The notes under the pieces: generated by a model
Database searches by the model: none
What the model saw: only the letters and a program-made list of their open reading frames with translations
Told to the model about the DNA's origin: nothing
Shown here: one piece after another, positions 18,756 through 28,487 of the stretch
Layout: each line of letters begins with the position of its first letter
How positions within the stretch are numbered: the stretch's first letter is position 1
Translations under genes and position numbers: made by a program
NCBI GenBank assembly: GCA_021158055.1
Contig: JAGGVJ010000018.1
Span: 1 to 46,175, forward strand
DNA from: Candidatus Iainarchaeum sp.
GTDB lineage: Archaea; Iainarchaeota; Iainarchaeia; JAGGVJ01
Reading direction: 5' to 3'
DNA: 46,175 bases

Positions 18756-18902
18756 ATAACTGAAAACAATGAAACAACCGCGTTGCTGAAAGAAATATCA
18801 AGCGACTTAAAGGAAATAAAAGAAAGTTCAAGAGACACTGCCCAGCTTCTTGCGTTGCTGAACTCGGAAATGCAAACGCTCAGGAAACGGTTCGGCGGGT
18901 GA
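18756..18902 (+). CDS. Putative 48-aa coiled-coil protein with ATA start
   Basis: GAAGGTGA SD, 4-nt spacer, then ATA ACT GAA...; ITENNETTALLKEISSDLKEIKESSRDTAQLLALLNSEMQTLRKRFGG* has a heptad pattern. Confidence 0.5.
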   Translation: MTENNETTALLKEISSDLKEIKESSRDTAQLLALLNSEMQTLRKRFGG

Positions 18903-18948
18903 TCAGGAACAAAAATCACGAACACAAATCAAACAAAAAAACACAAAC

Positions 18949-20514
18949 GTGAATCAAATGGAAAAATACGAACCGGTTGAAATAGGAACAGTTACATCGG
19001 GACCTGATTCCCCGAGCCCGCTCAAAGTCGACTTTGTTGTCTCGCCGCAAAAAAGCGTGCACACCGGAGAATACGTTGTGGTTGAACAAGACGGGGGGCT
19101 TTTGATACTTCAGGTCCGGAACCTTGTGACATCAAACAGATACTTTGAACGCGCGGAAAGCATCCAGGAATTTGAGCGAAGCGGAAGACCCATCCAGACC
19201 CAGTTTCCAACCGCGGACTGGGAATACCTTGTCGCGGAAACGCGGCCTCTTGGAGTTTACAAGGAAAAGCAGTTTTTAAGGCCCACTTTCCCGCCAAGCC
19301 CCGGCGACAAAATCCAAAAAACCCCGAAAGCGCTCCTTGAAGAATTCCTCGGCTTTGAAAAAAAAGCAGGCATTCACATGGGCTCGCTTGAATTCCATGA
19401 CGTTCCCGTAAACCTGAACATTTCAAAACTTCTTCAAAAACACGTTGCAATCCTTGCAATGAGCGGGGCGGGAAAAAGCTACCTTACATCTGTTCTTCTC
19501 GAAGAAATACTTGACAGAAAAACAGAAGACGGAAGAATCGCAACCGTCATAATCGACCCGCACGGCGAATACTCCGGTTTCGCGCGCTCGCCTGAACCTG
19601 GTGACAACGAATCTGTTGACTACTCAGACAAGGTTTCGCTCATGAAAGCATCCGACATAAGGATTGGAGTGAGCAGCCTTAATGCATACGAACTTGCGTC
19701 TTATTTTATTGACAGCAGCGGAGCGCAGAAAAGAGAGCTTTCGCGAATCATCGACGAACTCAAAAGGGAAATGAAACAAGGGCTCGGACCATACAATCTC
19801 AGAAAAATAATGCAAAAATTAGACGACGACGCCGAAATAAACACCAACGTAAAATTGCCTCTCTTGTCATGGCTAAAAGAACTTGAGTACCTGAATCTTT
19901 TTTCCGACATCGACTACCCCAACATTTCAGACATCGTAAAACCGGGAAAAGCAAAAATTGTGGACTTTTCAGGAATAACCGACCTGCGAAAAAAACGAAT
20001 TATAACGTCATTCATCTCAAAAAAAATGTTTTCAAAAAGACGAAACAAGCGCATTCCACCGTTTCTACTTGTGGTTGAAGAAGCGCACCAGTTTGTGCCG
20101 GAACAGTCAAGACAAGGCGAAACCCCTTCAAAATCAATCCTTGAAACCATTGCGCGCGAAGGAAGAAAATTCGGTGCATCACTGTGCCTTATTTCCCAGC
20201 GCCCCATAAATCTTTCAACCACAATTCTTTCGCAGTGCAACACACACATAATTCTGCGGATAACAAACCCATACGACCAAAAACACATCGGGGAAAGCTC
20301 TGAAGGAATAGACCAAAAAGTTCTTGACATGATCACAGTCCTGCGGGTCGGGGAAGCCCTGATTGTGGGTGAAGCCGTGCGATACCCTGTTTTTGTAAAG
20401 GTAAGGAAGAGGAAATCGCGCAAAAGCCCGCATGAAAAAACATTGCAGGAAGCCGCAATAGAATTCGAGAAAAAACAAAAACAAGACCTTGACGACCTCG
20501 ACGCATTCATGTAA
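18949..20514 (+). CDS. herA: HerA helicase/translocase
   Basis: N-terminal HAS-barrel-like region, AMSGAGKS (Walker A), IDPHGEY, VEEAH, AREGRKFG, SQRP. Confidence 0.92.
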   Translation: MNQMEKYEPVEIGTVTSGPDSPSPLKVDFVVSPQKSVHTGEYVVVEQDGGLLILQVRNLVTSNRYFERAESIQEFERSGRPIQTQFPTADWEYLVAETRPLGVYKEKQFLRPTFPPSPGDKIQKTPKALLEEFLGFEKKAGIHMGSLEFHDVPVNLNISKLLQKHVAILAMSGAGKSYLTSVLLEEILDRKTEDGRIATVIIDPHGEYSGFARSPEPGDNESVDYSDKVSLMKASDIRIGVSSLNAYELASYFIDSSGAQKRELSRIIDELKREMKQGLGPYNLRKIMQKLDDDAEINTNVKLPLLSWLKELEYLNLFSDIDYPNISDIVKPGKAKIVDFSGITDLRKKRIITSFISKKMFSKRRNKRIPPFLLVVEEAHQFVPEQSRQGETPSKSILETIAREGRKFGASLCLISQRPINLSTTILSQCNTHIILRITNPYDQKHIGESSEGIDQKVLDMITVLRVGEALIVGEAVRYPVFVKVRKRKSRKSPHEKTLQEAAIEFEKKQKQDLDDLDAFM

Positions 20515-20719
20515 CTGCTATCTGAGGCAAACTGAAAACAAAAACTTGCTTTTAGCGGCAGATTACCGGCAAGTATACTGTAACCACTATTCTGTTGGCA
20601 TTCCCGACCGCACACACTCTAAGCGTTGTGTTTTTAACTTTTACGAGTGCCTTGCGAACGGTCTTATGGGCAACATACTCTTACATCATGGTTTACTTCA
20701 AAACCCCCTTTCTTCTTTC

Positions 20720-23206
20720 ATGAAAAAGATTGCGGGCATGGTTGTCGGGGCAGACCACATCATAAAAAACAACAATACATTCGTGCGGCTCTGGATCCGC
20801 TCTGATAAAAAACAAGCCGTGTGCAAGGTTTTTGAACCGTACTTTTTCATAGAGCCTGTTTCTGTGCATGCAAAAAAACTTGCCGAAACAATATCCAAAA
20901 TGCGTGTGTCGCATGAAAAAAACAACATAATTCTTCAGGCAAGCGCAAGCAAAGTTTCTGTTGAATCGCTTGAAACAAATTCTTTAAAAAAAGAAGTGAT
21001 AAAAGTTTCCTTCAAAACCCCTGTCGCTTTAACTGCTTTCAAAGTATTCCTGGAAAGCGAACCGGGAATGAGGCTGTTTAACTGCGCCATTTCTCCTGCG
21101 CGCCAGTTCATGCTTGACAACCACATAAATTTCTTTGAATCGTTTGAGTTTGAGGTCGCGGGAAAATTTAACCTTGCAGGGGAAAAATACCCGATGAACT
21201 ATTTTTTGAACGCCGGCCCTTCAGATAAAAAATTCAACGAAATAACCGCGTCAATTTACGTCAACTCTGATTCAAGCTCAAACCCTTGCTCTCACTGCTT
21301 TGACAAAAAAAAGGAAAAATTCATTAATTGGGTTTCAGTCAGTTGCGAAACAGGAGAAAAAAAACAATTTTACAACATATTCAATGACTCTCAAAGAGAA
21401 CTTCGCATGATTGAAGAAGTGAAACTGTTCCTGGACAAAATTTCACCTGACTTCATCACAATCTTTGGAAAAGAAAACGGAATTTTCCGCCTTGTAAAAA
21501 GAGCTTGGGAGCTAGGTGGAAAAAACTCGTTTAAACTCACTGACTTCGGATGCGACAGCACCCCCGTTGCCTTTGAAGTCTTTGAAGACACTGTGCTTGC
21601 CGGCAGGACAATAATTGACATTGAACAAACTGAAAAAATCAGTTTCCACCCGACTTCAAAACTTTCGGACAACCGCTTTGACAAAACCGGTAAATCAGGT
21701 TTTTCAGCCAGACCGCCCGAATCAATTGAATCTGTTGCCAGGCTAAAACTATCAAAAAAATTAAAACCGATCCAAAGACCCGCGCCTCAAAAAGAAGAAA
21801 TTCAAAAACGCTCTGACTGCCTTTTGGAACTTGGCAGGATGCAGGTCCCGACATTTATTTTCATTTCAAAAAAAACCTGTGAAATACCGCATGCCTTGCG
21901 CAGTAATTTTTCAAAACGCACCTCGAAAAGCTATCTTGAAAAAATATTCACTAACGCCAAACAACCGATTTATCTATATGAAAATGAAACCGGTGAAAAA
22001 ACAGAACCTGATTTCAAAAAAAGCAAACATCTTCCGCCAAACACAACTGATTGCGCCCCGAAAGGAGTATACTCCGATGTTGAAGAACTGTCCCTGAACA
22101 ATGCACTCCCGCTGATAACCCTGTTAAAAAATACCTGTCCGACAACCATGAACTGCAATTGCTGCAAACCAGTGTTTTCAACAGACATCCGAAGAACAAA
22201 CTGCGCGCCTTCTTCAGAAGTAACTGTCGTGTTCAAAAAAGACCACTTTTTTTTCACAAGCTTTGACGAGTCCTGGGCAGCGAAACACCACGAGTCAGAC
22301 GCCAAAAACAGGCGCGCACGCGAACAACTCAAAAAAACGTTTTTTTTAAGGACCATCCCGACAGGCCCGTTTAAAAAAATGGAAAAAGCAAACGTGCTTC
22401 TCGGAGACGCTATGGAACTTGTTAAAGACGGTGACGCTGATTTTCTGGAATTCAAAAAAAATCATACGACATGGTTTTGCAAAAACAAAAACGGCATTCT
22501 TCCAAAAGGCATTCTCAACCTTAATGACGAAAACAACAACAAAAGAGAAAAAGGTTTAGCTGCCAACATCACTCAAAAAAACAAGGGAATTATGACTTAC
22601 TGCCTGCCGCAACCGGAAAACCACCAAATAAGCGACTGGCTTAAAACAAATGTATTGCAAAACACACCTTTTCTTGGAAAAGACTTTTCGCACGCAATAA
22701 ACTCCTTTTTTACGTTTTTTGCAAACAAACTGAAAAAGGAATGCAATACAACCGGCTTTACATTTTATCACATTGAAGGCAGTTCAATTTTTGTGGATGC
22801 AAAATCGTCAAAAGTATTAAAACACTTCTGCAGTGAAAAACTGGGATCAAACACCCTGAAAAAAACGATCCACTGGAACAAAATTCTTTTAAAGGGACCG
22901 CTTGGCGTAATGGCAGGGATAACAAAAGAAGGGTTGTTTGAATCCATTCAAAAAGAAGACATTCCAGTACATGCAAATCAAAAAGAGGTCACCAAGTGTT
23001 TCCTGTGCGCAGGCAATAAGAAAAGAAACGAAGAAACATTGACTGTTGCAAAAAAATACATTACGAAAAACAATTCAACAGCTGAACCACAGTTAACTTT
23101 TTTTGAAGGTTTTGAACTGCCTGTTTTAACTGTCAAAACACGCGCTTCAAACACAGCAAAACAACTTGAAATCAATGCGACAGCAAATTCACAACAGCAA
23201 ATCTGA
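20720..23206 (+). CDS. Family-B DNA polymerase-like protein, catalytically degenerate; start reassigned to ATG 20720
   Basis: N-terminus ADH...VRLW...FEPYFF; SPDFITIFG and GRTIID echo exonuclease motifs; CPTTMNCNCC and WFCKNKNGILP echo the PolB palm. Catalytic DxxSLYP and YGDTDS are replaced by SLNNALP and YHIEGSS. Confidence 0.65.
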   Translation: MKKIAGMVVGADHIIKNNNTFVRLWIRSDKKQAVCKVFEPYFFIEPVSVHAKKLAETISKMRVSHEKNNIILQASASKVSVESLETNSLKKEVIKVSFKTPVALTAFKVFLESEPGMRLFNCAISPARQFMLDNHINFFESFEFEVAGKFNLAGEKYPMNYFLNAGPSDKKFNEITASIYVNSDSSSNPCSHCFDKKKEKFINWVSVSCETGEKKQFYNIFNDSQRELRMIEEVKLFLDKISPDFITIFGKENGIFRLVKRAWELGGKNSFKLTDFGCDSTPVAFEVFEDTVLAGRTIIDIEQTEKISFHPTSKLSDNRFDKTGKSGFSARPPESIESVARLKLSKKLKPIQRPAPQKEEIQKRSDCLLELGRMQVPTFIFISKKTCEIPHALRSNFSKRTSKSYLEKIFTNAKQPIYLYENETGEKTEPDFKKSKHLPPNTTDCAPKGVYSDVEELSLNNALPLITLLKNTCPTTMNCNCCKPVFSTDIRRTNCAPSSEVTVVFKKDHFFFTSFDESWAAKHHESDAKNRRAREQLKKTFFLRTIPTGPFKKMEKANVLLGDAMELVKDGDADFLEFKKNHTTWFCKNKNGILPKGILNLNDENNNKREKGLAANITQKNKGIMTYCLPQPENHQISDWLKTNVLQNTPFLGKDFSHAINSFFTFFANKLKKECNTTGFTFYHIEGSSIFVDAKSSKVLKHFCSEKLGSNTLKKTIHWNKILLKGPLGVMAGITKEGLFESIQKEDIPVHANQKEVTKCFLCAGNKKRNEETLTVAKKYITKNNSTAEPQLTFFEGFELPVLTVKTRASNTAKQLEINATANSQQQI

Positions 23207-23441
23207 ACAACTTTACAGGCCTATCTGAACATCTTACAGCATTATCCAGACATTTTTGCCGATATGTGGGCAAAGCATATAAAAACAAAAGTGCATAATA
23301 TAAAAGTCAAGTGATAAAAACACCAAAACACTGTTTATCAATTTATAAACACAATTTAACCACAAAATAACAACAAAACATAAAAACAATCAAATGCACT
23401 GATAGTGCCTGAATTTTTAATTCAGTTTCAGGAGGACTGAC

Positions 23442-23633
23442 ATGGGAAAATTACTTACAAAAAACATAAAAGGAATGGCAGACAGGCTCGTCGAAGAGTT
23501 TCCGGACAAGTTTTCAAAAGAATTTGACAAAAACAAGGAAGCACTTGAAGAACTCAAAGTTTCGCCTTCAAAAACAGTGAGAAACCTCACTGCAGGATAC
23601 ATTGCAAGAAAAGTAAAAAACACCAAGGACTAA
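23442..23633 (+). CDS. rps17e: 30S ribosomal protein S17e
   Basis: FSKEFDKNK...SKTVRNLTAGYI; GGAGG SD. Confidence 0.93.
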   Translation: MGKLLTKNIKGMADRLVEEFPDKFSKEFDKNKEALEELKVSPSKTVRNLTAGYIARKVKNTKD

Positions 23634-23693
23634 ATCTTTGTGTTTAACCGGCAAAAATAACCGAAATACATTGTAAAAACAACTTGCAAACAA

Positions 23694-26423
23694 TCAAACA
23701 AACGCTTCTTTACTGCTAACTTTTGTAACGCCGTCCTCATCCTTATTTCTCTCAAGGCAATAAAGGCTTCCGCTAACTGATTTTTCCATTGCCTGCTCGT
23801 GTGTTATCAAAAATATCTGCTCAACAATTGTCGGCAGGTGGTCATGAAGCGCTTCTGCAAGCAATTCAACACCGGGAGAATCAAGGTTGTGAGTCGGCTC
23901 GTCAAGCATCAGCCAGCTAAGGTTGCCAGTGAGCACGAAAGAAAACGCTATCCTAAGAGCCAGGCACGCAACAGACCGCTCTCCCCCGCTTACATGGCCT
24001 TCAACAGAAACCCACTGGCCCATGCGGTTTTTAAGCTGAAGAGAATAAGCCCCGCTTTCAATGCTCAGCCTCGCGCTTGAGTAATCCCTGTAAACATAAA
24101 TTCTCGGCCAAACATCCTCCAGGAACACATTTATTTCCTCAATGAAATTTTTCCTCAAGATATCCTGAGTATCTTCAAGAGCCAGAGAAAAAATTCTGAA
24201 ATTGTCGCGCCTGTGCTTCAGCAAAGACGCTTTCTGAAGCATGTCCTCAATGGTTTTAATCTGTTTTTTGATATCTGCCAAGTGACTTTCCTGGCTTTCA
24301 ATTTCCCTTAAAAACCCTTTCACGCGTTCTTTTTTTGCCGAAACTTCAGACAGCAGCGCGGAAACTGCCTGCCGCGCATTTTCAAGCTCTGACTCGTCAA
24401 AAGCAAGAACTTCAATTTGCCTTGAGGTCTCAGCTAAATCTTTTTTCAAAGCAGCAATTTTTTCTTCAAGCTTTTTTGCTTCACACACCGCCTCAAGATC
24501 TCTCTGTTCAGCTTCAAGCTTGTCTTTTTTTGAAGAATCAAACCTGGAGCTGATTTTTTCCACGTTTTTTTCAACAGTTTCAAGAGTTTTGCGCCAGTTA
24601 ACCTGATTTGACTTCACATCACACAACCTTGCAATAAAGGACTGCGACTTTGAAAGCGACTCCTTTTCAATACGCAGCTTTTCCAAATCTTTTGAAACCT
24701 CAAAACGCATTGACTTGCTTGAGAGGATTTTTGACTCTGTCAGCTGCAGGTTTTTTTCCAGCTCAATCAGTTTTTTTTCAAAAAACAACTTTTTTTCAGC
24801 CAACTCTTTTTTGCCTGCAACAATCGCAGACACCTTAATTCCTTCTTCTGCGAGTTCACTGATGTTTTTTATCTTTTCCGAAACAACTGCCATATCGTGT
24901 TTTATCTTTTTGGTTTCGGCATTGTCTGATTCAATGACCGCGGTGTTTTTTTCAATCAAACGCTGTCTTTTCTCATGACTTATATCACTTTCACAAAGAG
25001 GGCATTTACTGCCGGTTTTTTCAAGCCCTTTAACCACTTCTTTCCGCTCGCGCAAATCCGCAGCCAAAAGAAAATTTTTCTTTTCAAGAGACAAAAACTC
25101 TTTTTCAAGAGTAGTTTTTTCCAGGCGAAGATCATCTGTGGATCTTCCGGCAGTCCTTCTTTTAAACAATTCCTGCTTTTCGTCTATTTCCCGCGCCTTT
25201 AAAACCGCTGACGCAAACTCGTTTTCCCCGGAAGCCCGTTCACTTTCAATGCGTGCCTTTTCCCCGTGAAGCATTTTCGCGGTTTCCTCAAGTTCCTTTG
25301 ATTTTTTTTCAAAACCGGCAAGTGTTTTTTCAACGCCGTCAAGTTTTTGGCTGACATCTGCCGGTTTTGTTTCCATGATCACTTTTTTCAACTCGACTCT
25401 CAAAGAAACAGCTTCTTCATCAGCAGAATTCAGTTTTGCTTCAAGCAAATTTTTTTCTTTCAAAAGAGGATCAAGCATGAGTTCAAACTCTTTCATCTGC
25501 TTCAAGGACTCTTTCACGGCAGCCAGCTTTTCATTCGGGCCTGTCAAGGTCAAATAACCTGCATTATGTGCAAAAACCGCTTTCTTTTCTTCAAGCTGAA
25601 TTTCAAGGGAATCAACAGAGCTTGAAAAACCTGCTTTTTTCCTGCTGAAAACATTGAACTTTTCTTCTTTTTCAACCTGTTTTTTTACAATCCGGCCTGC
25701 TTTTTCAATCTCACTTTCTTTTTCAACAACTGTTTTTTCAAGCGCGCCTTTTTCAAAAACCAGTTTTTTTATTGTTTCCTCAAGTTCTTTTTCTGCTTTT
25801 TTCTGCTCTTCCGGACAAGATGACTGCAAAGCTGATTTAAAGTCCTTTACCTTTGTATTTGCAGTGTTCAACACTTTATTCATGTTCACCCTTGCTTTTT
25901 CATACCTGTCTATCCCGAGAAGCTCGTCGATCAGCTCTTTTCTTTTTCCAGGTTTGACCTCAAGAAAAAAATCAAGGCGGTTCTGGTTGCTGTAAATTGC
26001 CCTTGAAAACAAGTCGTAGTCAATTTCAAGAATACTCTCAACGCGCTCTGTCACAAAAGAAGTTTTCGGGGATTCCAAAAGCTTCCAGGTATTTTTCCCC
26101 CGTTTTTGGCGAAGCTCGCTTAAAGTTGTCCCGCGTCCTTTTTCTATCCTGCGCATCACTTTAAACAAGTTTCCGTTGCAGAAAAACTCTGCCTCAACTT
26201 CCGCTTCACTCATTACGGAAGGCTTGTTCATTAGAACGTCGTCAAGCTTGAGTTTTTTCTGCTGCAAATCAGGGAAAGTTCCGAAAAGAGCAAAACTAAT
26301 CGCATCGGTAACTGAACTTTTTCCTGCGCCGCTTATCCCGATCAGCGCGTTTGTTCCCTTGCTGAAGACAAACTCTGTGTTCAGATGAGATTTCCAGTTT
26401 TTTAGCTTGACAGACGAAATCAT
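23694..26423 (-). CDS. rad50: Rad50 ATPase
   Basis: GISGAGKSS, coiled coils with central CPLC zinc hook, SGGE signature, LDEPT, ITHE. Confidence 0.92.
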   Translation of the reverse strand: MISSVKLKNWKSHLNTEFVFSKGTNALIGISGAGKSSVTDAISFALFGTFPDLQQKKLKLDDVLMNKPSVMSEAEVEAEFFCNGNLFKVMRRIEKGRGTTLSELRQKRGKNTWKLLESPKTSFVTERVESILEIDYDLFSRAIYSNQNRLDFFLEVKPGKRKELIDELLGIDRYEKARVNMNKVLNTANTKVKDFKSALQSSCPEEQKKAEKELEETIKKLVFEKGALEKTVVEKESEIEKAGRIVKKQVEKEEKFNVFSRKKAGFSSSVDSLEIQLEEKKAVFAHNAGYLTLTGPNEKLAAVKESLKQMKEFELMLDPLLKEKNLLEAKLNSADEEAVSLRVELKKVIMETKPADVSQKLDGVEKTLAGFEKKSKELEETAKMLHGEKARIESERASGENEFASAVLKAREIDEKQELFKRRTAGRSTDDLRLEKTTLEKEFLSLEKKNFLLAADLRERKEVVKGLEKTGSKCPLCESDISHEKRQRLIEKNTAVIESDNAETKKIKHDMAVVSEKIKNISELAEEGIKVSAIVAGKKELAEKKLFFEKKLIELEKNLQLTESKILSSKSMRFEVSKDLEKLRIEKESLSKSQSFIARLCDVKSNQVNWRKTLETVEKNVEKISSRFDSSKKDKLEAEQRDLEAVCEAKKLEEKIAALKKDLAETSRQIEVLAFDESELENARQAVSALLSEVSAKKERVKGFLREIESQESHLADIKKQIKTIEDMLQKASLLKHRRDNFRIFSLALEDTQDILRKNFIEEINVFLEDVWPRIYVYRDYSSARLSIESGAYSLQLKNRMGQWVSVEGHVSGGERSVACLALRIAFSFVLTGNLSWLMLDEPTHNLDSPGVELLAEALHDHLPTIVEQIFLITHEQAMEKSVSGSLYCLERNKDEDGVTKVSSKEAFV

Positions 26424-26517
26424 AAAAGCCCCATTGTATAACAGGGCTCAAACTAATTATACTTTTACAATACCGGCACGCAAACATCAATCAACACAAT
26501 TGACAACACCACATAAC

Positions 26518-27777
26518 TTAAAACCTGCGTGAATCAATTTTTCTTGCTTCCGCTGCTTTTTTATGTGCTTCAAGCCCTTCCAGGCCAGCCAGTTCCGACG
26601 CTAATTCCACAAATCTGCTGCTCGTTTCCTTTTCGATATTCTGGTAAGTAAGAATCTTCAAAAAATCCTTTACTGAAAGCCCACCAGTGTAACACGCGGC
26701 ACCATTGGTTGGTAGAACGTGGTTTGTGCCGGTGCAATAATCCCCGAAAACCTCTGCAGAAAACTCGCCAATGAACAAAGACCCATAATTGTTTAATTTC
26801 GGCACAACCAACTCCGGGTCTTTTACAAAAATTTCCAAATGCTCAGGGGCCCTTAAATTTGCCAAAGTTATGCATTCATCCAATGAGTCTGCTGTGATAA
26901 TCAAACCGTTTTTTAAAGCCAGTTCAATGACTTTTTTTGTTTTCAAGACACTAATCTGTGTTTTTACCTGGTTTTCCACCTCCAAAGCCAACTCTTTAGA
27001 CGTTGTGACCAGCTCAGACCTTGCATCCGGATCGTGTTCAGCCTGCGCCAACAGATCCGCTGCAATAAACCGGGGATCCCCTGTTTCATCTGCTATTATA
27101 AAAACCTCGCTTGGGCCCGCGAGAAAATCAATACCTACCCTGCCGTAAACCTCTTTTTTTGCTGCAGTCACATATTTATTGCCAGGGCCGACAATCTTAT
27201 CCACTTTAGGCACTGACCCAGTTCCAAAAGCCATTGCCCCAATTGCCTGAGCCCCGCCAATATTGAAAATTCTGTCAGCTCCGGCAATATCAGCAGCAAC
27301 CAGCATTACGGGCGTTATCTTTGGGGAGCAGACAATAACCTCGCTTACCCCTGCAATTTTAGCAGGTATGACGCACATCAAAACAGTGGACGGCAAAGGA
27401 TACCTTCCGCAGGGAACATAGCACCCGGCTCTCTTTAACGGGACTACCCTCTGCCCGACAGAATTGCCTTCAATTCTCACTTCAAAATCCCTGAAAATCT
27501 TAAACTGCTCCCCTGCAAAAAAAGAAATGTTTCCCGCGGCCTCTTTCAAAACAGCTATCGTTTTTGTGTCTACTTTTTTGTATGCTGCTTTTATTTCTTC
27601 TCCATTAATCTCAAAATTTTCAAGTGACAGCCCGTCGTACTTCCGGGTGTATTTCCTGATAGCATCATCGCCGTTTATCCGGACATCCTCAAGGATTTGC
27701 TTTACTATGCCGACTTCTTCAAACTCCTTTAACTCAAAAAAATCACTTTCCAAATCACTGAAATTCACAATTTTCAT
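26518..27777 (-). CDS. hisD: Histidinol dehydrogenase; start reassigned to ATG 27777
   Basis: GCYVPCG, GGAQAIGA, GPGNKYV, AGPSE, QAEHD, APEHL, GDY, NHVLPT, EGLEAH; SD GAAGGTGG. Confidence 0.93.
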   Translation of the reverse strand: MKIVNFSDLESDFFELKEFEEVGIVKQILEDVRINGDDAIRKYTRKYDGLSLENFEINGEEIKAAYKKVDTKTIAVLKEAAGNISFFAGEQFKIFRDFEVRIEGNSVGQRVVPLKRAGCYVPCGRYPLPSTVLMCVIPAKIAGVSEVIVCSPKITPVMLVAADIAGADRIFNIGGAQAIGAMAFGTGSVPKVDKIVGPGNKYVTAAKKEVYGRVGIDFLAGPSEVFIIADETGDPRFIAADLLAQAEHDPDARSELVTTSKELALEVENQVKTQISVLKTKKVIELALKNGLIITADSLDECITLANLRAPEHLEIFVKDPELVVPKLNNYGSLFIGEFSAEVFGDYCTGTNHVLPTNGAACYTGGLSVKDFLKILTYQNIEKETSSRFVELASELAGLEGLEAHKKAAEARKIDSRRF

Positions 27778-27955
27778 ACCTGCCACCTTCTGACCAACAA
27801 TAACAATAGCTAACAACTGGGTTACCATCCACATATTTCCCACAGTTAATCCCACATATCCCCCACTTCTGTTTTATAAAAACCTTTTGCCAAAAAAGGC
27901 TTGAACTTTTTGCAAAGACAGAATTTATAAAAGGACAGTGCTTATTATGTCTATC

Positions 27956-28465
27956 ATGAAAAACGAATACCAGTACAAGTTTCCCATCAGCAGCAGGAAT
28001 GACTTCACAGAGAAACTGCAATCCGAAAACATCAAATTAACAGAGCCAACGATTCACACATATACTTATTTTGAACTGCCTGTTAAAACAAGTGCTTTTG
28101 CGGTTCTGCGCATCAAGGAATCAGCAGGCAAAGAAACAATAGACATGAAAATAAGAAACAACCAAAGCGGCCAGTGGGAACGGTTTGAAACACAAGTTGA
28201 GGAGCCGAATCAGCTCAGGAAAATCCTTGAAGGCCTTGGATGCAATCCCATCGTCACATTCAGGAAGACCAGGCAAACATTTGTCAACAGTTTCATTCGT
28301 CTTGATCTGGACTCAACAAAAGAATTAGGCACTTTTCTGGAAACAAAATTTTTAGCAGACAACAAGAAAAAAGCTGAGGAATTTTTGGCAGACCTGGAAA
28401 TTGATGTGACAAAACACGACAAGAGAAGCGTCATAGAAATATACCTCTCAAAGAAAGCCCTGTGA
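27956..28465 (+). CDS. CYTH-domain (triphosphate tunnel) protein
   Basis: EYQYKF (ExExK-like), YF...LRIK, KTRQ, LDSTKELGTFLE; TTTATAAA box about 25 nt upstream. Confidence 0.75.
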   Translation: MKNEYQYKFPISSRNDFTEKLQSENIKLTEPTIHTYTYFELPVKTSAFAVLRIKESAGKETIDMKIRNNQSGQWERFETQVEEPNQLRKILEGLGCNPIVTFRKTRQTFVNSFIRLDLDSTKELGTFLETKFLADNKKKAEEFLADLEIDVTKHDKRSVIEIYLSKKAL

Positions 28466-28487
28466 AATGCACATTCCGCTTATTTTT

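Noticed and set aside
20489-20719. N-terminal extension of the PolB-like ORF
   Set aside because: Overlaps herA and looks non-coding; PolB-like sequence begins at ATG 20720.
23200-23260. Short degenerate intergenic repeats (also ~6175-6235, ~12905-12980, ~41385-41415, and 14805-14846 within a pilin leader)
   Set aside because: Only two or three decayed copies with no assignable function; treated as slippage background.
23694-26423. SMC condensin or Wadjet-type defence ATPase
   Set aside because: The central CPLC hook and nearby nurA/herA indicate Rad50.
17429-26423. HerA-based anti-phage system (e.g. Sir2-HerA)
   Set aside because: The partners are NurA and Rad50, i.e. the housekeeping resection machinery.
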